Below, in pieces: positions 1-8,963 of a stretch of 64,000 bases of DNA; position 1 is the stretch's first letter, and the number at the start of each line of letters is the position of its first letter. Where the stretch lies: positions 992,001 to 1,056,000 of the forward strand of contig OZ244197.1 in NCBI GenBank assembly GCA_965216785.1. Direction: 5' to 3'. Position numbers and translations under genes: made by a program. The notes beneath the pieces were generated by a model. That model saw only the letters and a list, made by a program, of their open reading frames with translations. It ran no database searches and was not told the DNA's origin. Source of the DNA: Thermodesulfobacteriota bacterium. Its GTDB lineage: Bacteria; Desulfobacterota_D; UBA1144; Nemesobacterales; UBA2774.

Positions 1-1155
1 TGAATCTCGTATTATATCTTTAAGCTCGTCTATTCCGCTATTATTTTTTGCTGAAGTTCGTGCTATTCTGTTGCTGTCTATATACTCTACAAGCTCTTTT
101 TCGCTGACATTGAGCCCCAAATCAGATTTGTTGATGACTAAGACGGCATTTTTATCTTTTAACTCTTTCAGAACTTCTATATCGTCTTGATCAAGCTCCG
201 CGCTGCCGTCAATTACCGCTATCAGCAGCTCGCCCTCACTTGCTTTCTTCTTTGCCAGCTCTATCCCAGTTTTCTCTACATGATCTGTTGAAACCCTTAT
301 CCCCGCCGTGTCGATTAACTTCAATGGGATACCTCTTATATCAATGCTCTCTTCTATGAAGTCACGTGTTGTCCCGGGATGTTGACTTACAATAGCCCTC
401 TCACGCATTAGCAGACTGTTCAGCAGGCTGGACTTTCCGACATTTGGCTTTCCAAGTATTGTAGTGATTACACCGTATTTTAATATCCTGCCTTCGTCAT
501 ATGTAGCCAAAAGCTTGCCAATTTCAAAGATTAATCCCTCAGCTCTAGATACTATGTCTTTTTTGACTAGGGGATCGATGTCCTCCTCAGGGAAGTCCAC
601 CTGTGATTCTATTTCTGCTAGTAGGTCGAGTACAATGTCCTTAAAACCGCCGATTTTCGTGGATAGGATACCTTCTAGTTGCATCTCGGCCTGCTTTAGG
701 CCCTCTTCGGTCTGGGCGTTTATTATATCAACAACAGCCTCTGCCTGTGTAAGGTCCATTTTACCGTTTACAAATGCTCTTAGTGAGAACTCTCCCGGCT
801 CCGCAGGTCTTGCTCCATGCTTAAATAACAGCTCCACTATCTTTTTCGGAACCAGATATCCCCCGTGCGAGTGAATTTCTGCGACATTCTCTCCCGTGTA
901 GGAATTCGGGGCCTTCATTAGTACGCAAAGTACCTCATCTACTGCTTTACCGGCGTCCGGGTCTTGAATAATTCCATGGTAAAGACGGCGAGACTCCATT
1001 TTACTTGAGTCGATGTCAGCGTCGCCTTTGAATATTTTGTTAATAATTTCAGTTGTTTGCGGGCCGCTTATGCGTATTACAGCTATCCCGCCCTCACCCT
1101 GAGCAGTCGCGATTGCCGCTATTGTATCCTCGTTAGGAAGTATATTTCTATTCAT
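1..1155 (-). CDS. mnmE: tRNA uridine-5-carboxymethylaminomethyl(34) synthesis GTPase MnmE (partial; runs off the left edge)
   Basis: Absent from the ORF track. Manual translation from ATG at 1155 gives DTIAAIATAQGEGGIAVIRISG, PNSYTGENVAEIHSHGG, GEFSLRAFVNGKMDLTQAEAV, GKPNVGKSSLLN, GTTRD, DTAGIR. Confidence 0.95.
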   Translation of the reverse strand, partial: MNRNILPNEDTIAAIATAQGEGGIAVIRISGPQTTEIINKIFKGDADIDSSKMESRRLYHGIIQDPDAGKAVDEVLCVLMKAPNSYTGENVAEIHSHGGYLVPKKIVELLFKHGARPAEPGEFSLRAFVNGKMDLTQAEAVVDIINAQTEEGLKQAEMQLEGILSTKIGGFKDIVLDLLAEIESQVDFPEEDIDPLVKKDIVSRAEGLIFEIGKLLATYDEGRILKYGVITTILGKPNVGKSSLLNSLLMRERAIVSQHPGTTRDFIEESIDIRGIPLKLIDTAGIRVSTDHVEKTGIELAKKKASEGELLIAVIDGSAELDQDDIEVLKELKDKNAVLVINKSDLGLNVSEKELVEYIDSNRIARTSAKNNSGIDELKDIIRDS

Positions 1156-1199
1156 CGATTAGATACGCTACCATATTTGTGTTACCCGCACTAGAAGGC

Positions 1200-2342
1200 T
1201 TATGCTACGTCGAAGCTAATTTTAAAGGGCGATTCCGGGTAAAATCCCTCGGCTATCTTTCCTAGGTTCTTTTCCTGTATTAGCACTTTAAAACTATTTC
1301 CCATAGATCCCGGCAAAAAGAGGTTTTTTACCGCCGCTACTTTTTTCTGTGTAGATTCGTCACCGGCTTGAGACATCTTCTCAACCACGTCCAGGATGCC
1401 CCAGTCTAAAAGAAATTGTCCCTGCGTAGTGTATACAAGTTTATTTAATCCTACAGCTTCTCCCTCGCTTATCAGGTTGCTGAAATCTACATGTGCCGTA
1501 ATATCCTGCTCACCAATATCCTGGTAAGGGTTCTCATTAATTGTATGGCCCTTCATACATTTATATGTGCCATTTATTCTAGATGGGCTATAAAGATCTG
1601 AAGCCGTATAGCCGTAGTCAATGGTTAGTATAAAACCCTTTCTAAGAATGCGGTATATCTCTTTGAGCGCTTTTCCAGCTGCTAAGCATATTTCCATCTG
1701 TTGCCCTTCAATGAGCTCTAACTCATACTTATCTATATATTTTTTAAGCTCCTCTGTGCTCAAAGCGCCGCTAGTCTCAATCAAATTATCGTCCTTAAGT
1801 GATACATATACCTCACGAAGTCCGCTGTTTTCGACAATTACCCTATGAAAGGGGATAGAGTCAAAGAGCTCGTTCGATATGACGATACCCTCCAGGCTAT
1901 CATTCTCAATTTCAGTAATATCCTGGATAAACCGGATCTTCTCTTTGTGCTCGCTCAGTGCTTTGTGTGCTTGCTCAATAAGCGCCGGGCTCTTCTCTAT
2001 ATATGTATAAATTAATTTATCATATATTGCTACATTCTTTCTCTTGATTGTATCGAGTATGTCACAGGCAAGAATCCCTTTGCCTGCGCCTAGCTCAACT
2101 ATTGTCGGAACCGGAGCGCTTATAAATGAAAGACTTTTTAGAAGGAATTTTGATATGACCTCACCGAACGCACTATGCACGTAAGGGCTTGTATAGAAAT
2201 CACCCTCGCCTCCTATGCTCACATTGCCCGATGAGTAATACCCAAACTCTTTATGATAGAGAGCGAAGTCTATGAACCTTTCGAATGTCATCGGGCCCGC
2301 GCTCTTTATCTTCGATTTTATAATATCTTCAAGCCTTTTCAT
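1200..2342 (-). CDS. SAM-dependent methyltransferase, MidA/NDUFAF7 family
   Basis: Motifs GYY..G..GDFYTSP, VELGAGKG, SNELFDS, IDYG, QDITAHVDFS. Confidence 0.9.
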   Translation of the reverse strand: MKRLEDIIKSKIKSAGPMTFERFIDFALYHKEFGYYSSGNVSIGGEGDFYTSPYVHSAFGEVISKFLLKSLSFISAPVPTIVELGAGKGILACDILDTIKRKNVAIYDKLIYTYIEKSPALIEQAHKALSEHKEKIRFIQDITEIENDSLEGIVISNELFDSIPFHRVIVENSGLREVYVSLKDDNLIETSGALSTEELKKYIDKYELELIEGQQMEICLAAGKALKEIYRILRKGFILTIDYGYTASDLYSPSRINGTYKCMKGHTINENPYQDIGEQDITAHVDFSNLISEGEAVGLNKLVYTTQGQFLLDWGILDVVEKMSQAGDESTQKKVAAVKNLFLPGSMGNSFKVLIQEKNLGKIAEGFYPESPFKISFDVA

Positions 2343-2410
2343 ATCAGCAATATATATTTTAAGGTCTTTTTATTTGTTCTAACTAAAGTAGATTATATCA
2401 GACTAAGAAT

Positions 2411-2540
2411 ATGGGGACAGAGGCGAGCGCTTCACGGCGATGCCAAGGAATTAATAATAGGACAGAGGCTGGGGGCCGCGAGAGAAAGAATTGTGTGAGC
2501 GAGTACAGGAATATAATCGAACTAAGCGATGCCGGGGATT
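2411..2540 (+). repeat. Dispersed hairpin repeat, module A: full copy 2411-2456 plus a split second copy
   Basis: ATGGGGACAGAGGCGAGCGCTTCACGGCGATGCCAAGGAATTAATA, followed by ATAGGACAGAGGC...(~55 nt)...AGCGATGCCGGGG; matches copies at 3614, 6530(-), 12143 and 58014. Confidence 0.85.
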
Positions 2541-2588
2541 TTCCCGAGATTGTCCTGACTATTTAAAGTTACTTAATCTATAGGTGCT

Positions 2589-3380
2589 ATGACATTTCTA
2601 AGAAAATATACGAAAGCACTCTTTACTTTTCTTCTTGTTATCACATTTCTTCTGGTCTCTTCTTTTGTGGATTTAGTCATCAGAGACAAAAAGAAGAAGC
2701 TAGAGTATTTTTCAAAGATTGCACCTTTTTACTCAAAACTTGCTCTTATTGTTTGGGGAGTGCATGTTGAGACCACGGGATTAAATAAGCTCATTAGTAA
2801 GAAGGAAAACTATTTAATCGTATCAAACCATCTTTCCTACATTGATATACAGGTGATTTACTCTGTGGTGTCCTCTGTATTTATTGCGAACTCTGAGCTA
2901 AAAGAACAGTTCCCATTGGGAGCGGTCACAAAGTACTCCGGAGGAGTGTTTGTTGAAAGGAGAAACAGGGCGAGCCTTATGAAAGATATAAAAAATATAA
3001 GGGATATACTCTCTATGGGTTTTGACATGGTGCTATTCCCTGAAGCGACCACTTCAGACGGGGAGAAAATTTTGAAATTCAGAACTCCTTTTATAACGTC
3101 GGCAATACAAAGTAATATCAATATACAACCTATTTGTATCAAATATAAGAAGATTAACGGCTCTGAAATAACGGACTCTAACAAGCACTTAGTTTATTTT
3201 TACGGAGGTATCGGGTTTTTTGAGCATTTTTTCAGGATGCTGGAACTTAGGTCGATTTCAGTCGAAGTGAGGGAGCTCGAGACGATTGAGGTCACCCCCC
3301 AGAGCTCAAGGAAAGAAATAAGCGATCTTGCATATAAGAGAATTAGCGATGCATATTTCCGCAATGAGAATCTCGTATAA
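2589..3380 (+). CDS. Lysophospholipid acyltransferase (PlsC/OlsA-like)
   Basis: NHLSYID (HX4D) and FPEATTSDG motifs; clear paralog of 49649-50512. Confidence 0.9.
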   Translation: MTFLRKYTKALFTFLLVITFLLVSSFVDLVIRDKKKKLEYFSKIAPFYSKLALIVWGVHVETTGLNKLISKKENYLIVSNHLSYIDIQVIYSVVSSVFIANSELKEQFPLGAVTKYSGGVFVERRNRASLMKDIKNIRDILSMGFDMVLFPEATTSDGEKILKFRTPFITSAIQSNINIQPICIKYKKINGSEITDSNKHLVYFYGGIGFFEHFFRMLELRSISVEVRELETIEVTPQSSRKEISDLAYKRISDAYFRNENLV

Positions 3381-3522
3381 ATTAATTGTATAATCGTATA
3401 GATATATGGTATTTATAATTGTACTTAAGCGCTGGTAAATATTGATTTACGTCTTGCTCAGGCAGCATACGTTAGTTATGATAGAAACTTCCGCGAATGG
3501 ACGTTCGAGATTATACAATACA

Positions 3523-3660
3523 GGATTGAGGGCGGATCGGAGCGAGAAACGCGTTCGGAGGGGCATGCATAGACTTGGAATGAGCGCCCCACAGCGATGC
3601 CAGGGAGTTAATAATGGGGACAGAGGCGAGCGCCCCACAGCGATGCCAGGGAGTTAATTA
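3523..3660 (+). repeat. Dispersed hairpin repeat: degenerate module B, then two tandem module A copies (46-nt period)
   Basis: GAGCGCCCCACAGCGATGCCAGGGAGTTAAT occurs at 3582 and 3628; 3523-3566 resembles module B; ends immediately before the dapL RBS (GAGGAG at 3661). Confidence 0.85.
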
Positions 3661-3674
3661 GAGGAGAATCAGAA

Positions 3675-4841
3675 ATGGATATCAAATGGTCAAAGAGGAT
3701 TGAAGATTTACCGCCTTATTTGTTTGCGGAGATAGACGCTAAAAAGAACGAAATGCTGAAAAAGGGCGTTGACGTTATAGATCTCGGAGTAGGGGATCCC
3801 GATATACCTACGCCTTCAAATATCATAGACGCGTTGAAAGACGCTGCGGATGATCCCGAAAACCACCGCTACCCTTCATACCAGGGCATGCTTCCTTTCA
3901 GACAGGCCGCGGCTGAATGGTATAAGGTAAGGTTCGGTGTGGATCTTGATCCTGAGAACGAAGTCGTGGCGCTCATTGGCTCAAAAGAGGGTATAGCCAA
4001 TACTCCTCTTGCATTCATAAACCCTGGAGATGTAGGACTTTTCACCGATCCGGGATATCCTGTGTATCCTACTTCTATCAGTTTTGCCGGTGGAGAGCCA
4101 ATTAGCGTTCCCTTATATAAGGAAAACGATTTTCTTCCTGACCTAAAGGCGATTCCTGAGAGCACTCTTAATAAGAGCAAACTGATGTTTTTAAACTATC
4201 CCAACAACCCTACCACTGCCACGGCGGATAAGGCGTTTTATGAAGAGGTTGTAGAGTTTGCGATATCCAACAATATACTTATCTGCCACGATGCCGCTTA
4301 CACTGAAATCGCCTACGACGGTTACGTTCCACCGAGCTTTCTGGAGGTAGACGGGGCAAAGGAGTGCGCGATCGAGTTTCACTCCCTTTCCAAAACTTTT
4401 AACATGACCGGGTGGAGGATCGGGTTTGCCGTGGGCAACAAAAAGGCTATCGGCGGCCTCGGCAAGATTAAGACGAATATAGACTCGGGAGCATTTCAGG
4501 CTATTCAACACGCAGGTATTGAAGCGCTAAAGAACCACACTCTCGGGCTCGACGACAGAAGGAAAATATTTCAGGAAAGACGCGATATTTTTTGTGATGG
4601 ACTCGACGCACTCGGGCTTGACTATACTAAACCCAAGGCTACGTTTTACGTTTGGTTTTCAGTCCCCGATGGTATGAGCTCAAAAGAGTTTTCATCTAAA
4701 CTACTTGAAGAAGCAGGTATAGTAGTAACACCCGGAAACGGATTTGGGGATGCTGGTGAGGGTTATGCCCGCGTCTCTACAACTTTCAGCACTGAGAGGA
4801 TTGTTCAGGCTGTGGAGAGGCTTAAAGAAGTGAAATTTTAG
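3675..4841 (+). CDS. dapL: LL-diaminopimelate aminotransferase (class I/II PLP aminotransferase)
   Basis: LPPYLFAEID, IDLGVGDPD, GSKEGI, NYPNNPT, EFHSLSKTFNMTGWRIGF, KTNIDSG. Confidence 0.85.
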   Translation: MDIKWSKRIEDLPPYLFAEIDAKKNEMLKKGVDVIDLGVGDPDIPTPSNIIDALKDAADDPENHRYPSYQGMLPFRQAAAEWYKVRFGVDLDPENEVVALIGSKEGIANTPLAFINPGDVGLFTDPGYPVYPTSISFAGGEPISVPLYKENDFLPDLKAIPESTLNKSKLMFLNYPNNPTTATADKAFYEEVVEFAISNNILICHDAAYTEIAYDGYVPPSFLEVDGAKECAIEFHSLSKTFNMTGWRIGFAVGNKKAIGGLGKIKTNIDSGAFQAIQHAGIEALKNHTLGLDDRRKIFQERRDIFCDGLDALGLDYTKPKATFYVWFSVPDGMSSKEFSSKLLEEAGIVVTPGNGFGDAGEGYARVSTTFSTERIVQAVERLKEVKF

Positions 4842-4924
4842 TGTGTATTTGATAAAATGGGGCAAGATATTAATTAAGGCATACAGGGACGAGCACATCA
4901 CGGTGAAGTCTGGGAATATATAAA

Positions 4925-6466
4925 GTGGAATACTTTCTTTTATCCTCTAAAATCGTAGTTACAGTTATTTATTCTTTAGCTCTCACACTGCTGTGCGTTT
5001 TTGGAATTCACCGCATTTATCTGACAAACCTTTATAGCAAGAATAAAAACAAGCTGCCCAAACCAAAGGGCAATTTCGATAAACTCCCTCTTGTAACCAT
5101 ACAGCTCCCGGTCTACAACGAGATGTACGTCGTAGAGAGGCTCATATCCGCTGTGTGCGAGATTGATTACCCAAAAGAGCTTATGGAGATCCAGGTCCTT
5201 GACGATTCCACAGATAATACGACTAAGATTGTGGAGAGGTGTGTAAACAGGTATCAGGAACTCGGTTTTAGAATCCGCACTATTCATAGAAAGAACAGAG
5301 AGGGGTTTAAGGCGGGAGCGCTTAGTGAGGGGCTAAAGCACGCGAGTGGTGAGTTCGTCGCGATATTCGATGCGGATTTTATTCCCCCGAAAGATTTTCT
5401 TAGAAAAACCGTTGACTACTTCACGGATGAGCGGGTCGGTATGGTGCAGGTCCGCTGGGGGCACCTGAATAAAGACTACTCACTTCTTACTAAAGTCCAG
5501 TCTATACTGCTCGACGGACACTTTATGATAGAGCAGACCGCGCGCTTCAACGGGGGCTTATTTTTTAACTTCAACGGTACAGCGGGGGTGCTGAGGAAAG
5601 AATGTATAGAGACCTCAGGCGGCTGGCAGCACGATACGCTCACAGAAGACCTTGACCTTAGCTACAGAGCGCAGCTTTCTGGGTGGAAGCTCGTGTACCT
5701 AAAAGACGTTATAGCGGACGCGGAGCTTCCAGTGGATATGAACGCTTTCAAATCACAGCAGCACCGCTGGGCAAAGGGCGGCGTACAGACTGCAGTTAAG
5801 CTCATTCCTCAGATATTCTCAAGAAAAGACCTGCCCTTCAAAATTAAGTCCGAGGCGTTCTTTCATCTATTCGGCAATATTTCATATGTGCTTCTATTAA
5901 TGCTCTTGTTACTAATGTTCCCGATGGGATATTTCTGGGAGTCTGTCGGCTGGGAGAAGGTGGTTGTGCTTAACCTGTTTGCTATATCTGCCGGTACGCT
6001 GAGCTTTTTCAGGTTTTACGTTATCACTGTAACGGAAGTGCATGGCAAGGATTGGGGCAAGTACATCTGGTACGTCCCGATAGCTATATCTGTCGGAGTA
6101 GGTATGGCCATCAATAACTCAAAAGCTGTCCTGGGTGCGCTTCTCGGCAAGCGCTCCGAATTTGTAAGGACTCCTAAATTTGCTGTTACTACAAAACAAG
6201 ACACCTGGCGCTCACGCCATTACGTTTCCTCAAAGGAAATCACCGCAATCATCGAGCTTACTCTCGGCGTGTTTTTCTTTCTTCAGACTATATACGCGGT
6301 ATATGTAGGATACTTCGGCTGGATACCGTTTCTCATTCTCATTCAGTTCGGCTTTCTCTATACCGGTTTTTTGTCCATCTTCCATAGCTCTGGAAAGAAA
6401 GCCGCGTCAGGACCTGTAAGCCCAATCCTTACCGAACGAGCTCTTCACAGGGAAAAAGATTATTAG
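4925..6466 (+). CDS. Membrane GT2 glycosyltransferase (cellulose-synthase-like)
   Basis: QLPVYNE, LDDSTD, KAGAL, DADF, TEDLD, QQHRW (D,D,D,QxxRW) plus TM helices. Confidence 0.9.
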   Translation: MEYFLLSSKIVVTVIYSLALTLLCVFGIHRIYLTNLYSKNKNKLPKPKGNFDKLPLVTIQLPVYNEMYVVERLISAVCEIDYPKELMEIQVLDDSTDNTTKIVERCVNRYQELGFRIRTIHRKNREGFKAGALSEGLKHASGEFVAIFDADFIPPKDFLRKTVDYFTDERVGMVQVRWGHLNKDYSLLTKVQSILLDGHFMIEQTARFNGGLFFNFNGTAGVLRKECIETSGGWQHDTLTEDLDLSYRAQLSGWKLVYLKDVIADAELPVDMNAFKSQQHRWAKGGVQTAVKLIPQIFSRKDLPFKIKSEAFFHLFGNISYVLLLMLLLLMFPMGYFWESVGWEKVVVLNLFAISAGTLSFFRFYVITVTEVHGKDWGKYIWYVPIAISVGVGMAINNSKAVLGALLGKRSEFVRTPKFAVTTKQDTWRSRHYVSSKEITAIIELTLGVFFFLQTIYAVYVGYFGWIPFLILIQFGFLYTGFLSIFHSSGKKAASGPVSPILTERALHREKDY

Positions 6467-6480
6467 AGATTACCCCGTAT

Positions 6481-6530
6481 AGTTTTATCTCTCCACGGTA
6501 TCGCTGTAAGGCGCTCGCCTCTGTCCCCAT
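6481..6530 (-). repeat. Dispersed hairpin repeat, module A
   Basis: Reverse complement reads ATGGGGACAGAGGCGAGCGCCTTACAGCGATACC. Confidence 0.85.
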
Positions 6531-6600
6531 ATCTTCATGCAGAATTCATAATTCTAAGTTACAATTTCCGTCACTTTAAGAAATTATCAGGAGGTTTAAT

Positions 6601-7155
6601 ATGTATAGGGTTATTTTTTCAATCGCATTATTGTTTGTACTTATAGGGCTTGCAGCAGTTGATACGGCTTATTCCCAGACTGTGGGATCACGTTCTCAAA
6701 CGCTCGCCGGAATCGAGGGTATAGCTGTTTCGGGCGATGATGTAAGCCCCGAAGCCATGAAAGACGGACTTAATAAATCGGGTCTCGTAACCCAGACTAT
6801 ACAGGATTTAAAGAACGCCGGTGTAAAAGTGCTCACAGATCAGCAGTTAAACTCGGCCCCGGGAAGACCTACTCTTATAATTTCGGTAAACACGCTTAAG
6901 CATGCAGGCGGCGTATACAGCTACACGGTAAGCCTGAGCCTTGACCAGATAGTGATGCTTGAGCGTAACCCTGCAATCCGAGGCGCCGCGCCCACATGGT
7001 TTGTACTCGCCACAGGAGCGTGTCTCCCTGAAGAGCTTAACGCTGACGTTACGGCATATGTAAAACAGCTGGTAGATCAGTTCATTACGGATTATAAACT
7101 TGCAAACCCTGAGCAAGCTCCTTCGAGCGCTAAGGATGCAATGAGAAAGAAATAA
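6601..7155 (+). CDS. Secreted hypothetical protein
   Basis: AGGAGG RBS; N-terminal signal peptide ending AYS|Q. Confidence 0.75.
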   Translation: MYRVIFSIALLFVLIGLAAVDTAYSQTVGSRSQTLAGIEGIAVSGDDVSPEAMKDGLNKSGLVTQTIQDLKNAGVKVLTDQQLNSAPGRPTLIISVNTLKHAGGVYSYTVSLSLDQIVMLERNPAIRGAAPTWFVLATGACLPEELNADVTAYVKQLVDQFITDYKLANPEQAPSSAKDAMRKK

Positions 7156-7156
7156 G

Positions 7157-7248
7157 CCGGCTCTTTCCGAGTAGGGGCTTATGCAAAGTCAGGTGTGTTT
7201 GGAATATTGACTGTATTGGTTATACGAAGAAGGAATGTACTAGCCTAG
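7157..7248 (+). pseudogene. Degenerate IPTL-CTERM sorting-tail remnant
   Basis: Translates PALSE*GL(frameshift)AKSGVFGILTVLVIRRRNVLA*, versus intact PTLSEWGLIAMAGVLGIIGLVAIRRKRAVA*. Confidence 0.7.
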
Positions 7249-7283
7249 TTTAAATCAATCGGAAATTACAAATATTCAGTTAC

Positions 7284-7313
7284 AAAAAAGGGGAGCCACG
7301 GCTCCCCTTTTTT
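7284..7313. terminator. Bidirectional intrinsic terminator
   Basis: AAAAAAGGGGAGCC-AC-GGCTCCCCTTTTTT between convergent units. Confidence 0.9.
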
Positions 7314-7340
7314 ATGTACTTTAAAGCTTTGATTTTACTT

Positions 7341-7823
7341 TTATGCTACCGCTCTTTTTCTTCTGATTGCTACCAGGCCGATTATCCCAAGTACTCCGGC
7401 CATTGCAATAAGCCCCCATTCGGAAAGCGTAGGGACAGGGCGTATAAATTTTAGATTACACGAGGCAACTACTAGCTCCTGGCAAACCTCAGACTGAAGG
7501 TCTGAAAGTATAAGTATTTGGCCCTTTGCTCCTTCTGCGAATAATGAGCAGGCTGGGTTGCCCTTGAAATATTGAACACTAAAGTCGAGGACCTCCTCTT
7601 GAAAAACGGCGACTCTAGTGGTCGACAATACATACTCGGTACCGGCACCTAGCTCACCACCCGGGCATAATTCGGCTAGGATATCGTTACCCGAGAGTCC
7701 GTTAGATAGCACTGCAGTTTCGCACGGGCAGTCAGACCCTTGTGGCGGTAATGGTTCAGAGTAAACGTAAGCAGGTACGAACAGAACTGCTAATAATAAA
7801 ATCAAACTAAAGTGTTTTGTCAT
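7341..7823 (-). CDS. IPTL-CTERM sorting domain-containing secreted protein (Cys-rich)
   Basis: Signal peptide; C-terminal RPVPTLSEWGLIAMAGVLG-TM-RRKR. Confidence 0.9.
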   Translation of the reverse strand: MTKHFSLILLLAVLFVPAYVYSEPLPPQGSDCPCETAVLSNGLSGNDILAELCPGGELGAGTEYVLSTTRVAVFQEEVLDFSVQYFKGNPACSLFAEGAKGQILILSDLQSEVCQELVVASCNLKFIRPVPTLSEWGLIAMAGVLGIIGLVAIRRKRAVA

Positions 7824-7941
7824 CCTTCATCTCCTTTCCTTAGTTCTAACAAGATTAAGTTAGGGTGATTTTACATGGATACAAAATATTGTTCAACAAC
7901 ATACTGGTCGTGAACAAATTACATTTTGATGCGATCAGAAT

Positions 7942-8000
7942 AAAAAAGGGGCAGGTAAGGTTGAGGACCTGCCCCTTAAGAGCACGGAGTTGATAGGGTA
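7942..8000 (-). ncRNA. Candidate small RNA (or attenuated leader) ending in an orphan terminator
   Basis: Minus-strand AAGGGGCAGGT-CCTCAACCTT-ACCTGCCCCTTTTTT terminator with no upstream CDS on that strand; preceded by 11-bp-phased boxes at 8024/8035/8046. Confidence 0.4.
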
Positions 8001-8204
8001 TGTATATATAATCGCAGCAGATTGTTAAGCCCGTATGAACAGAGGATTAAGGAGTGATAAATTTTGAGCTCTTTTTAGGTGTTATAAATTGTCCCATAAA
8101 TTAAGTGAGTTACGGGTGGTGTTGACTCCAAAGTTTGACATTTGAGTTAATTTAAATCCATACTACTGTCTCGTAATAATTCAAGTTCAATTTCTACGCC
8201 AACT

Positions 8205-8963
8205 ATGAAGGTATGCACGCTTGCAAGCGGGAGTTCCGGGAACTCTCTTTTAATCGAGACAGAGGAGACAAAGATACTCGTCGACGCGGGAATCAGTCTC
8301 AGGCAAATTAAGTTAAGGCTCGAAGTTCTAGGGGTGAATATCGAAGATATAGACGGCGTAATAGTGACTCACGAGCACAGCGATCACACGGCGGCTCTGC
8401 CGAGGCTAAAGACCCCCGTTCACGTAGTTTCCTCAACCACCCACTTATGGAAGGACAAGCTTCACAGTATGGTCGAGTTTACAAGCGACTGTGCTTTTTC
8501 GATAAGAGACCTGATGGTAACACCCTTTTCCGTACCGCACGACGCCCTTGACCCCGTTGGTTTTACGATCGAGTCCGAGAAAGGCGAGAAGATCGGGCTT
8601 GTTACAGACATAGGCTCAGTGACAGGGCTTGTGAAGGAGAGTCTTAAAGGGTGTAATATACTTGTGATTGAGTTTAATCACTGCAGCGATATTTTGCTTT
8701 ATAGCCACTATCCCTGGGACCTTAAGCAGAGGATAAAAGGCAGGCTCGGACACCTATCGAACATTCAGGGGGCGGAGCTCCTTCAAAACCTTCTGCACGG
8801 GGGGCTAAAGCACGTGGTGCTTGCGCACCTCAGCCAGGTAAACAATAAGCCTGAGGCCGCATTTAAAGCTGCAAGAGAGGCCCTTACAAGGTTTGGTGCG
8901 GAGAATGATGTAAGTGTGTGTGTTGCGCCGAGAAAAACTATAGGAGAGGTTTTAGCGATTTGA
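8205..8963 (+). CDS. MBL-fold metallo-hydrolase (YycJ/WalJ-like)
   Basis: LASGSSGN, THEHSDH, VPHDA, GHLSN, LAHLS. Confidence 0.9.
   Translation: MKVCTLASGSSGNSLLIETEETKILVDAGISLRQIKLRLEVLGVNIEDIDGVIVTHEHSDHTAALPRLKTPVHVVSSTTHLWKDKLHSMVEFTSDCAFSIRDLMVTPFSVPHDALDPVGFTIESEKGEKIGLVTDIGSVTGLVKESLKGCNILVIEFNHCSDILLYSHYPWDLKQRIKGRLGHLSNIQGAELLQNLLHGGLKHVVLAHLSQVNNKPEAAFKAAREALTRFGAENDVSVCVAPRKTIGEVLAI

Noticed and set aside
3582-3660. Tandem repeats (also 10274-10440) considered as a mini-CRISPR array
   Set aside because: Units are head-to-tail with no unique spacers, only two units per locus, and no cas genes in the window.
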